Assembly: GCA_965242965.1 (NCBI GenBank)
Contig: OZ251518.1
Coordinates: 1,472,001 to 1,536,000 of the forward strand
Reading direction: 5' to 3'
Source of the DNA: Candidatus Poribacteria bacterium
GTDB lineage: Bacteria; Poribacteria; WGA-4E; WGA-3G
Length of the DNA stretch: 64,000 bases
Position 1 is the first letter of the stretch, and each line of letters begins with the position of its first letter. A program made the translations under genes and the position numbers. The notes beneath the pieces were generated by a model. That model saw only the letters and a program-made list of their open reading frames with translations, ran no database searches and was not told the DNA's origin. Below, in pieces: positions 49,358 to 58,384 of the stretch.

Positions 49358-49897
49358 TTACGACGGCGTGGTGTCCGGAGCCGGTTTACCTTGCCCTGTG
49401 ACAATGCCCAATTTGAGACGTTCTATCTCCGCTTGCAGTGCCACAATTGTCTTTTTCTGCGACGTAATCTTTTTGTTATCCTCGCGACGCGCATCCCACT
49501 GCTGCTTGAGCATCCACAGTAGGAACGTCACCAGAAATCCTGCCACAAGCAACAGGGTGTTCGTCTGCGAACTCAGTCGCGATTCCAGAGAGGCAATCCA
49601 ATTTCCCTGATCGGATATCCGGTCTCCTTGGACGCTGACCGCGCCTTTCAATTCGCTTACTTCGTTTTTCACAGCGGCGAGTTCCGTTTTCACCGCTGCG
49701 ACCTCGGTTTTCAACACTTGGACCTCGGTTTTCACCGCTGCGACCTCGGCCGTCAGTTCGTTGAGTTCCTTTATCACCGGTGCCAGGGCGGTGTTCATCA
49801 TTTGTTCCACCCTTTTGAAATCCGCGTCGGAAAGTGCGCCGAACGCCGGTGCCTGTTGGATAGCCAACGCCACGAGCAGAACCACAATGACTTTCAT
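49358..49897 (-). CDS. Coiled-coil membrane protein with 7-aa repeats
   Basis: Signal peptide, (TEVAAVK)n, TM helix, C-terminal coil; AGGAGG RBS. Confidence 0.78.
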   Translation of the reverse strand: MKVIVVLLVALAIQQAPAFGALSDADFKRVEQMMNTALAPVIKELNELTAEVAAVKTEVQVLKTEVAAVKTELAAVKNEVSELKGAVSVQGDRISDQGNWIASLESRLSSQTNTLLLVAGFLVTFLLWMLKQQWDARREDNKKITSQKKTIVALQAEIERLKLGIVTGQGKPAPDTTPS

Positions 49898-50061
49898 GTT
49901 CTCTTCCTCCTTTTGATATAAACGATAACCTTTTCCGCAAACGCAATCGTTTTAGACACTGAAAACTTCGCGCTTGACATTTTTTGTGAATATGATAACA
50001 TATCCACAAAAAATAGGATACCATAATTCGCGTTGGATTTGCAACGCGGGAGGAATAATTC

Positions 50062-51330
50062 ATGAATTTAACACGTCAACCCCCACGCCGCCCGACGAAC
50101 CTCGGCATCGCCGGGATTGTCGGCGCGGCACGAATGACGGATAAGGCACGCGCCGCAAACGAGGAAACCCTCGGCGACTATATCTACGGCGAAAGTTCTG
50201 GCTTGGACCAGCGCGTCTTAAGTTTTCTCGGCATCTCCGCTGATGTCTTCGCTGATGCTGTGAAAGAACACGACGATGCCACCCTCAGCGACTGGGTGCT
50301 GGAGACGAGCGGGAAAACGGCAGCGGAAATCGCGGTATTTAACGAGGAGAGGCTCACTCACATGCCGGATAGCGATGGGCACAAACGGCGACTGCAGGAA
50401 CGCATCGCCCGGTTTGCACCGGGGCGCACCGACGTTAAGACGCTGCTCCAGTCCATGGAATTGGACGATTGGGGTAGTTTCTGGCAGGTAACTCTCACCG
50501 AGCGGCCCCCGCGCAGCGCGCGGGCGAAGGACATCGGCGGTATCTGTGGTGTCGCACGCATGGCAGACAAAGCACGCGCCGAACGCGCCGGCAAAATCGG
50601 TGAGTATATCTACGGCGACGCTTCCGGACAAGATGTCCGCATCTTGAAGTTCCTCGGCATCTCTGCCGCAGATTTTCAGGAAGCCGCCGTTAACAACCCG
50701 AATAACCTTGAACTCGGTGAATGGGTTTTGGAAAACAGTGGGAAATCAGCGGCGGAGATCGACGCGTTCAATCACACGTTAGTCAACTACGCGCCTAACG
50801 ATGAGACGCGCCAACGCTTTGAATCGCGCTGCAGCGAAGTCGGCGTAAGTCCGACGGAGATTACCACCTGGGTCGCGCTTCAAGACGTTGACGATGAACG
50901 TAGTTTCGGCATCGTCGATTTGGAACGCCACGCGCCGCGCAGTCCGTTCAACACCGATATTTGCGGCATCGTTCACGTCGCGCGAATGGTGGACAAAGGG
51001 CGCGCAACGAACTCAGACTCGTTGGGACTTTACTATTACGGCGCGGATTCTGGGATGGACCGGGTCGCGCTAGAATTCCTTGGCCTCACGCCTGATGCCT
51101 TCGCGGACGCACTCAAAACGCTGCCAACCGATGCCGAGGTTGACGCATGGCTGCGGGAAAACTATCCGAAGGACGAGGCAGACATTGCGGCACATAACGA
51201 ACGACTCCTTCAAGCCGGGCCGCGCTCGGAAAGGGAGTGGGCATTTGTCAAGAATATGCTCGGGCACACGGATGCCAAGACGTGGTTTGAATTCGCGGTG
51301 ATTGATGATGAGAGGACCTTCGCGATTTAG
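50062..51330 (+). CDS. Protein with three tandem DUF5069-like domains
   Basis: Three copies of PR..GI...ARM.DK.RA....G.Y.YG..SG.D...L.FLG. Confidence 0.8.
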   Translation: MNLTRQPPRRPTNLGIAGIVGAARMTDKARAANEETLGDYIYGESSGLDQRVLSFLGISADVFADAVKEHDDATLSDWVLETSGKTAAEIAVFNEERLTHMPDSDGHKRRLQERIARFAPGRTDVKTLLQSMELDDWGSFWQVTLTERPPRSARAKDIGGICGVARMADKARAERAGKIGEYIYGDASGQDVRILKFLGISAADFQEAAVNNPNNLELGEWVLENSGKSAAEIDAFNHTLVNYAPNDETRQRFESRCSEVGVSPTEITTWVALQDVDDERSFGIVDLERHAPRSPFNTDICGIVHVARMVDKGRATNSDSLGLYYYGADSGMDRVALEFLGLTPDAFADALKTLPTDAEVDAWLRENYPKDEADIAAHNERLLQAGPRSEREWAFVKNMLGHTDAKTWFEFAVIDDERTFAI

Positions 51331-51336
51331 TGTGAT

Positions 51337-51925
51337 GCTCGCGAGGGACAGACCCGTTTGTGATCAGGCGATCACAAACTACAGAGGGGAGGTCTCCTAC
51401 ATTCGCGGGGGACAGGCCCCCGCGATGCGGTAGGAGAAAGCCATTCCCTTCACCGTAGGGCGAGGGCCCTCGCATGCCACACGCGCATGCGAGAGGGTTC
51501 CCCTCGCCATGCCAACGATCGCGGGGGCCTGTCCCTCGCGCTGCGGCATCCGAAAGCCGCCTCCTTCACCGTAGGGCGAGGGCCTGTCCCTCGCCATGCA
51601 ACGATCGCGGGGGACAGGCCCCCGCGCTACGGGCAACAAAAACGGTTTTCGTTTACGTAGGGCGAGGGCCTGTCCCTCGCCATGCTGACGCGCTACGATG
51701 AAAAACGGCGCGCGGGCTTTTCATGTCCGTAGGACCTAAGAGCCCATCGTGACAATAGCGATCGCGGGGGACAGGCCCCCGCGCTACGGTGAAAGGGCAA
51801 GCTCTGTAGTTTGTGATCGCCTGATCACAAACGGGGGACAGGCCCCCGCGCTACGGTGCTAGGGGGCATCGAGACCGGGAGGTCTCTCCTACCGGGAGCA
51901 ATTGATACCCGGAGGGCTCTCCTAC
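51337..51925. repeat. REP-like mosaic array
   Basis: Alternating GTAG hairpins between convergent genes. Confidence 0.9.
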
Positions 51926-51926
51926 C

Positions 51927-53840
51927 TCAAAACATAAACCGGTACATCGGCCGTTCTAACGCGATTCCAAGAAGCGTCCAGACTGCCCCCACGATGAACT
52001 CCCCAATGACGAGCCCGATGAAAAACGGCATCGCCCGGCGATATGTGCGCAATCCACCCGCCTGAAATAGAATCGCTTTTATCCCCCACGACAAGAAAAT
52101 CGAGAACCAATACCAACTCGTATTCCAAAAGCTGAGCGACAGCGCATAGCCAGCAGGATGAAAGGGCCACCAGATAAACCGCCTGCGCAATACCATTAAA
52201 AGTGTTGTGAGGGCAATCGCGCCACCAGACGCAGAAACCGCGCCGACATCAATGGATTGCGGGTTGATGAGCCATTGCTTCAACTGCTCGTAAGTCCATC
52301 GGCACTGCGCTTGTTCACCGTAAACTGCGCCGCCGTAATGATACCCTTGCGCATAATATGCCCACGCCGAGGAAATCGTCCCTACGATAGTCACCAAAAT
52401 CACGGCTGTAATAAAGCGGTTGTGTGATAACCCGCGCACCTGCGCTACTTTGAAACCCTCCAACATAATCGGCATTGGATGGGAACGGTAAGAGCGGTTG
52501 AACCCGTGGAACATGCTGAACGTCGTCAACCCCGCGGCACCGATGCGTCGCGTGCCAATGAAAGAGACAAGCACTTTATCCGGTCTCCACGGAACGTCGT
52601 GTGCCGGCGGGCCGACTTCTGCGCGGATGCGCGTAATCGCAATTGCCAACGCGAAGAATAGCGTGAAATAGCCGAAGATGCTGAAAATCGGCGTGCCGGT
52701 GCTTTTGAAGAAGAGGAGGATAAAGATGCCCCCTGCTATTAACCCTATGATGGCGTATCGGATGCGGGCGCGTTCTGCAGCGTCACCGTCCCCCGCGCCT
52801 TGAAACGCCGTTTTCACATGCCGCGCGATGAATTTGCGAGTGAGCCAAATCGCCGAAACCCCAAGGCAGAACCACGCGCCGAACGATTGGGCATCGAGGA
52901 ACGGAAAACCCGGCAGATGCCCAATGCCCGCCATCGTCCCCCACACGCGCATCATTTTGTGGAACAGATAGAAAAACCAGATCGAGAACGAGAGTTCCAG
53001 CGGAATAAAGAAACTCATCCCTATCGCGAACGGATAAACGGCGATGGGAAGTCTGCCGATGGCACTGAGCGGTTTCGTCTGGAAATATTGCCCTAAATTG
53101 TAAAGACTCCCGCCTAACCCCGGCACGACAGGGAAGAGGAAGTGGAGCCCATTGAGCAAATTCATCCCGCCTGCCAGCACTGCGCCGAGCAGAAACAGCC
53201 GATTTGTCAATAACACGCGCCCGCCGTTTTCGGTGAGATGCAGCGGAATCTGAATCACCGGATAACTTAACTTCTCGTGTGTTACCCACTGGTGCCGGAT
53301 AAGCAGCGTGAGGCAGAGCATCATGCACGTCAGCACGATGACCAGGGCACTCCACCACAGCACCGGTGTCATCCAGAGTTGCAGATGTTGCGCTGTGTGG
53401 AGTGTGGAGTCGCCTTGGTAGAACGCCGCCAGCGCGCTCCGTTCTTTGATAGAGAGCCACTCCGGGATATGTTGTTGAAAAACTTCACCCCATTCGTTTT
53501 CAGGACTAGCGAACCAGATTGAATAAGTTAGAAGGGGCCACAAGATCTGGAGTGTATCGTGCCCGGCGAGGGAGGAGGCGATGGAGAGAAGCAGGTAGAC
53601 TACCATCAATTCACCATCGCTGAGAGACGCGCTTTTCCGAAACGCGCGGAGCAGCGGGTTAACCCCCATCAGGAGCAACACGATAAAGATGACGTTAAAG
53701 TAGACCGTGGAGACAGTAGGGAAACTCTGGCCCGTGCTGTAACCAGAGGTCCCCCAGTTAATCATGAGCCAATAAGAGTTCGGAATAGTAAAGAGGAGTG
53801 CGAGGAGCACTGCACGCGCGCTAACGTTTTTTCTTGGCAT
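51927..53840 (-). CDS. Polytopic membrane protein (DUF6785/DUF6784-type, putative transporter)
   Basis: Many TM helices; W..HEKLSYP, RIRAEVG, WWPFHPAGY. Confidence 0.78.
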   Translation of the reverse strand: MPRKNVSARAVLLALLFTIPNSYWLMINWGTSGYSTGQSFPTVSTVYFNVIFIVLLLMGVNPLLRAFRKSASLSDGELMVVYLLLSIASSLAGHDTLQILWPLLTYSIWFASPENEWGEVFQQHIPEWLSIKERSALAAFYQGDSTLHTAQHLQLWMTPVLWWSALVIVLTCMMLCLTLLIRHQWVTHEKLSYPVIQIPLHLTENGGRVLLTNRLFLLGAVLAGGMNLLNGLHFLFPVVPGLGGSLYNLGQYFQTKPLSAIGRLPIAVYPFAIGMSFFIPLELSFSIWFFYLFHKMMRVWGTMAGIGHLPGFPFLDAQSFGAWFCLGVSAIWLTRKFIARHVKTAFQGAGDGDAAERARIRYAIIGLIAGGIFILLFFKSTGTPIFSIFGYFTLFFALAIAITRIRAEVGPPAHDVPWRPDKVLVSFIGTRRIGAAGLTTFSMFHGFNRSYRSHPMPIMLEGFKVAQVRGLSHNRFITAVILVTIVGTISSAWAYYAQGYHYGGAVYGEQAQCRWTYEQLKQWLINPQSIDVGAVSASGGAIALTTLLMVLRRRFIWWPFHPAGYALSLSFWNTSWYWFSIFLSWGIKAILFQAGGLRTYRRAMPFFIGLVIGEFIVGAVWTLLGIALERPMYRFMF

Positions 53841-53858
53841 GTTGGTTTTCCTAGGCGT

Positions 53859-53887
53859 ATTCTATAGGAAATCTTGCAAATTGTCAA
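53859..53887 (-). promoter_or_regulatory. Sigma70 promoter TTGACA-N17-TAGAAT
   Basis: Consensus boxes just upstream of ATG 53840. Confidence 0.6.
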
Positions 53888-53916
53888 TGTCGTTTTGAGT
53901 TTTTCTCGAAAAAAGC

Positions 53917-53946
53917 TTGACATTTGCACACAATTTGTGTTAAAAT
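53917..53946 (+). promoter_or_regulatory. Sigma70 promoter TTGACA-N18-TAAAAT
   Basis: Faces the LRR gene across a repeat cassette. Confidence 0.5.
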
Positions 53947-53963
53947 GAGTCTCATAATTGATT

Positions 53964-54646
53964 GAGGGTGTTTCATAAATCGATGCGTTCGGTAGGAGAG
54001 ACCTCGGGTCTCGATTCCCTCGTAGGAGAGACCTCCTGGTCTCGATGTTCCCGTAGCGCGGGGGCCTGTCCCCCGCGATCGTTGCATGGCGAGGGACAGG
54101 CCCTCGCCCTACGGTGAGGGGAGCGTTTTTTATCGTAGCGCGGGGGCCTGTCCCCCGCGAGCGTTGGATTGCGCGAGCGATGGCGAGGGAAACCCTCTCG
54201 CCTGCGCGTGCGGCATCCGAGGGCCCAAGCCCTACGTTAAGAGGGGCCGTTCTGGATACCGTAGCGCGGGGGCCTGTCCCCCGCGATTATCGTCCCGATG
54301 TGTGTTTCCGCCTCTGTAGTTTGTGATCGCCTGATCACAAACGGGTCAGGATCAGGCGATCCTGACCTACAGAACTTACAGGGCCTGGTGCACGAACGAT
54401 GGCGAGGGACAGGCCCTCGCCCTACGATGAAGGGGGCGTTATTTTCCCCGTAGCGCGGGGGCCAGACCCCCGCGATCGTTGGATTGCACGAGCAATGGCG
54501 AGGGACAGGCCCTCGCCCTACGATGAAGGGGGATTTTTGCCGCCGCGCCGCCCTATTGCATCGAGACCAGGAGGTCTCTCCTACGGGGAAAATTGAGACC
54601 AGGAGGTTTCTCCTACGGGGAAACCATTGATATACGAAACACCCTC
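53964..54646. mobile_element. Capped REP cassette
   Basis: GAGGGTGTTTCATA ... TACGAAACACCCTC. Confidence 0.7.
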
Positions 54647-54682
54647 AGGTTAACTTTCAGTCAAAATAGGAGATAAAACCTA

Positions 54683-57088
54683 ATGAAACTTCATCACGCT
54701 ACACTCATTTTCATCTGCGCGTTCATGCTGTGCGCTACGCTACACGCAACCGCACAAGTCGTGAACATTCCCGACGCGAACCTCCGCACCGCCCTCGCCG
54801 AACACCTCGGTAAGGCGGAAGGAGCGCAGATCACGCAAGCAGAATTGGCAACGCTCACCGAATTTCACGCCGATGACCGCGGCATCCGCAACCTGACAGG
54901 TCTGGAATTCGCTGTCAATCTCGTTCGGATAGAACTGCGCCACAACGCGATATCTAACCTCGCGCCGTTTGCCAGCCTCGTCGCTTTGGATAACATCAAA
55001 CTGCGCGGGAACAATATATCCGACATCACGCCGCTCGCGCAACTCGTCAACGTCACATGGCTGGGACTGGAGGAGAACGCCATAACCGACGTATCTCCCC
55101 TCACCCGTTTAGCAAAATTGGACGGGGTAGGGCTGAGCCACAATCCGGTGACAAGCTTAGCACCGCTTTCAGGGTTAGTCCACCTGCGTCGGCTTGATAT
55201 GGAGCACTGCGAGATTTTGGATATCTCACCCCTCGCAGGGTTAATCGGTTTGGAAGAACTCAGGCTTGGTGGCAATTCCATATCGGACATCACGCCGCTC
55301 GCCGGCTTAACCCGATTGGGACATTTGGAGTTGGATGGGAATTTGATATCGGACATCACGCCGCTCGCCGGCTTAACTCGATTATGGCACTTGAGTTTGT
55401 CTGAGAATTTGATATCGGACATTACCCCACTCGCCGGCTTAGTCAACTTAGGAGGGTTAAACTTGAACAATAACGTGATATCCGACATCACGCCGCTCGC
55501 GAATCTAAGGAACCTGAGATGGTTGGCCGCGAGCGAAAACGTCGGATTCAGTCTGGCACCCTTGGCAGGATTGAACCATCTAGATCATTATAACTCGTGG
55601 GGCACCCCGGTATCTGACCTCTTGGGCCTTGCGAACTTGCCCCAACTCAGATACATAGATATCTGCGGTGGCGGGATATCAGACCTCACCCCCTTGGCGG
55701 GGGCAACCGGGTTGAGAGAGCTCTATCTTGTCGGCAATGAGATATCGGACGTTTCACCTCTTGCGGGGTTAGTCAACTTGGAACGCCTCAACCTTCGCAG
55801 CAACAACATCGCTGACATATCACCGTTGGAGGTGTTAGCGGAAAGGATACCTATCACGTGGACTGGCAACCCGGGTTTTGAAGGGGACGCTCTTCATAAC
55901 TACCACGGTTCTCCACCCGCCGGTCCCAAAATTGAGGGACCCTGGTTGTGGGCACTGGTGCCAGCAACCCAACTGGATGACAGGGATTTACTCGCCGAAG
56001 TCACTCGTGGTGCCGCTACGGAAGTGAAGGTGGCAACCTTCGGTGCGACAGAAGGAAAAGCGGTAGGGGGTGGCAAATGGCGCGCCCATACGCTATCTGC
56101 CACGGGGGATGATAACATCAACGAGATGACAGCAGCCCTCGGATGGGGAAGCCGGGACGAAATTTATGACCACGTCGTTTACGGTTCCATCTCCCTGCAG
56201 TCGCCTCGCGAACAGACGACAATGATGCTAGTCGGGAGTGACGATTCTGTCAAAGTCTGGCTCAACGGCGAGTTGGTTCACCAAGCCTTGACGGGCCGGG
56301 GTGCTGACGATTATCAAGACGCGTTCTCTGTCGCCCTGAAGAGAGGAACGAATGTCTTGTTAGTCGCTATTGACAACCACGGGCATGGAGGTTTCAGCGG
56401 CTTTTTTGGGTTTGAGGCAGGGACAGAATATACGGTGAACCGGCCGGACGCGCGCATTGTCGTGCAAGTGCCTGCCTGGGATGTGAACCGTGATGGCCAG
56501 GTGAGCGTGCTGGATCTGATTGTGGTGGGACAAGCATTTGGAAAATCGGCGGCCCTGAACCGGCACACGGATGTCAACCGCGATGGAAAGATTAACGTAG
56601 CAGACTTGGTGCTGATTGCGCAACACATTGATGCGGCATCGGCTGCCGCGCCGAGTCTTCTGGCGATGGACAGCGGGCTGACACCTGCGATGGTTCAGGC
56701 GTGGATAAAACTCGCGCAATTAGAGACCGACGGGTCCGTTGCGTTCCAAGAGGGAATCGCGAAACTTCAACAGATTCTCGCAACCCTGCGCCCGGAGCAG
56801 ACAGTGTTGCTGCCGAACTATCCGAATCCGTTTAACCCGGAGACGTGGATACCTTATCATCTTTCTCAGCCTGCGCAAGTCACGGTGCGTCTCTATGCTG
56901 TCGATGGCACTTTGGTTCGGACGTTAGACCTGGGTTATCAGACCTCCGGTCGTTATGAGGAGCGGAGTCGTGCGGCATATTGGGATGGCAAAAACGCGCT
57001 CGGTGAGCCGGTCGCGAGTGGCATCTATTTCTACACGCTCACCGCGGGCGATTTCACCGCCACGCGGAAGATGCTTATCCTGAAGTAG
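54683..57088 (+). CDS. Secreted internalin-like LRR protein with dockerin-like and FlgD-Ig/T9SS-like C-terminal domains
   Basis: Signal peptide, IPDANLR cap, 22-aa LRRs, GSDDSVKVWLNG domain, DVNRDG x2, NYPNPFNPETWIPY...TRKMLILK. Confidence 0.92.
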   Translation: MKLHHATLIFICAFMLCATLHATAQVVNIPDANLRTALAEHLGKAEGAQITQAELATLTEFHADDRGIRNLTGLEFAVNLVRIELRHNAISNLAPFASLVALDNIKLRGNNISDITPLAQLVNVTWLGLEENAITDVSPLTRLAKLDGVGLSHNPVTSLAPLSGLVHLRRLDMEHCEILDISPLAGLIGLEELRLGGNSISDITPLAGLTRLGHLELDGNLISDITPLAGLTRLWHLSLSENLISDITPLAGLVNLGGLNLNNNVISDITPLANLRNLRWLAASENVGFSLAPLAGLNHLDHYNSWGTPVSDLLGLANLPQLRYIDICGGGISDLTPLAGATGLRELYLVGNEISDVSPLAGLVNLERLNLRSNNIADISPLEVLAERIPITWTGNPGFEGDALHNYHGSPPAGPKIEGPWLWALVPATQLDDRDLLAEVTRGAATEVKVATFGATEGKAVGGGKWRAHTLSATGDDNINEMTAALGWGSRDEIYDHVVYGSISLQSPREQTTMMLVGSDDSVKVWLNGELVHQALTGRGADDYQDAFSVALKRGTNVLLVAIDNHGHGGFSGFFGFEAGTEYTVNRPDARIVVQVPAWDVNRDGQVSVLDLIVVGQAFGKSAALNRHTDVNRDGKINVADLVLIAQHIDAASAAAPSLLAMDSGLTPAMVQAWIKLAQLETDGSVAFQEGIAKLQQILATLRPEQTVLLPNYPNPFNPETWIPYHLSQPAQVTVRLYAVDGTLVRTLDLGYQTSGRYEERSRAAYWDGKNALGEPVASGIYFYTLTAGDFTATRKMLILK

Positions 57089-57099
57089 ATGGCTGTTCG

Positions 57100-57852
57100 G
57101 GTAGGAGAAACCGGGCGGTCTCGATGCATCCCCGTAGGAGAGACCTCCTTGTCTCGATTTTTTCCCGTAGCGCGGGGGCCCTCGGATGCCATCCGCGCAT
57201 CCGAGCGGGTTTCCCCCGCGATCTCCATCGTTCCGATGTGTGTTTCCGCATCTGTAGTTTGTGATCGCCTGATCACAAACAGGTCAGGATCAGGCGATCC
57301 TGACCTACAGAGCCTGGCGTGCTCGGACGCTGGCGAGGGACAGGCGTTTTTTATCGTAGCGCGGGGGACAGGCCCCCGCGAGCGTTGGAGTGCGCGGACG
57401 CTGGCGAGGGACAGGCCCTCGCCCTACGTGAAGGGAAGCGTTTTTTACCGTGGCGCGGGGGCCCCTCGGATGCCATCCGCGCATCCGAGCGGGTTTCCCC
57501 CGCGATCTCCATCGTTCCGATGTGTGTTTCCGCATCTGTAGTTTGTGATCGCCTGATCACAAACAGGTCAGGATCAGGCGATCCTGACCTACAGGGAGGG
57601 GGAAGCGGTCTGAAGCGAGACGCATGGCGAGGGACAGGCCCTCGCCCTACGGTGAAGGGGGATGGCATTTTTTCCCGTAGCGCGGGGGCCTGTCCCCCGC
57701 GAGCTCCATCGTCAAGAGGCCCTCTTTAGGTCCTACGGACCTAAGAACCGTTCTGGATACCGTAGCGCGGGGGCCTGTCCCCCGCGATCGTTGGATTCCG
57801 CGGACGATATCAAGACCGGGAGGGCTCTCCTACACAGATTTATGAAACACTT
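57100..57852. repeat. REP-like mosaic array with internal ~140-bp duplication
   Basis: 57175-57311 recurs at 57460-57594; degenerate right cap. Confidence 0.9.
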
Positions 57853-57892
57853 GACTTATCGCGCAAAATAAGGTATCCTATTCGGTTAGGGC

Positions 57893-58114
57893 ATGGGCAT
57901 TGTTGCGCCGTGTTTGGTGTGGGAGCATATCATGTATTTACGAGAAAAACGCGCGCGGGAGCGTGAACAACGTGCACGCGAGCAGGCGGAAGCTGTCGTC
58001 GTAGAACTCGAAAAAGAGGTTAGCACACTGCGGCACGAAGTCACCTACTTGCGAGGTGAATTAGATCAGTTGAAAGGACAATCGCAGCCACGCCACAACG
58101 GAGGCGAAAACTAA
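57893..58114 (+). CDS. Small coiled-coil hypothetical protein
   Basis: 73 aa between two arrays; start uncertain. Confidence 0.4.
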   Translation: MGIVAPCLVWEHIMYLREKRAREREQRAREQAEAVVVELEKEVSTLRHEVTYLRGELDQLKGQSQPRHNGGEN

Positions 58115-58120
58115 GCCCAA

Positions 58121-58356
58121 AGTAGTTCGGGATCGCCTGATCCCGAACGGTTCAGGATCAGGCGATCCTGAACTACAGGGAGAGGGAAGCGGTCTGACAG
58201 CAAGACGCATGGCGAGGGAAACCCTCTCGGATGCGCGTGTGGCATCCGAGGGCCCTCGCCCTACGTGAAGGGGAAGCGTTTTTTCACCGTAGCGCGAGGG
58301 CCTGTCCCTCGCGACATCCATCTAACCTTAGTCCGTAGGGTTCAATAGGACCCTAC
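58121..58356. repeat. REP-like array
   Basis: GTAGTTCGGGATCGCCTGATCCCGAAC pair and nested hairpin unit. Confidence 0.88.
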
Positions 58357-58384
58357 CTACACGAATGATAAAAGGAATTTTTCA

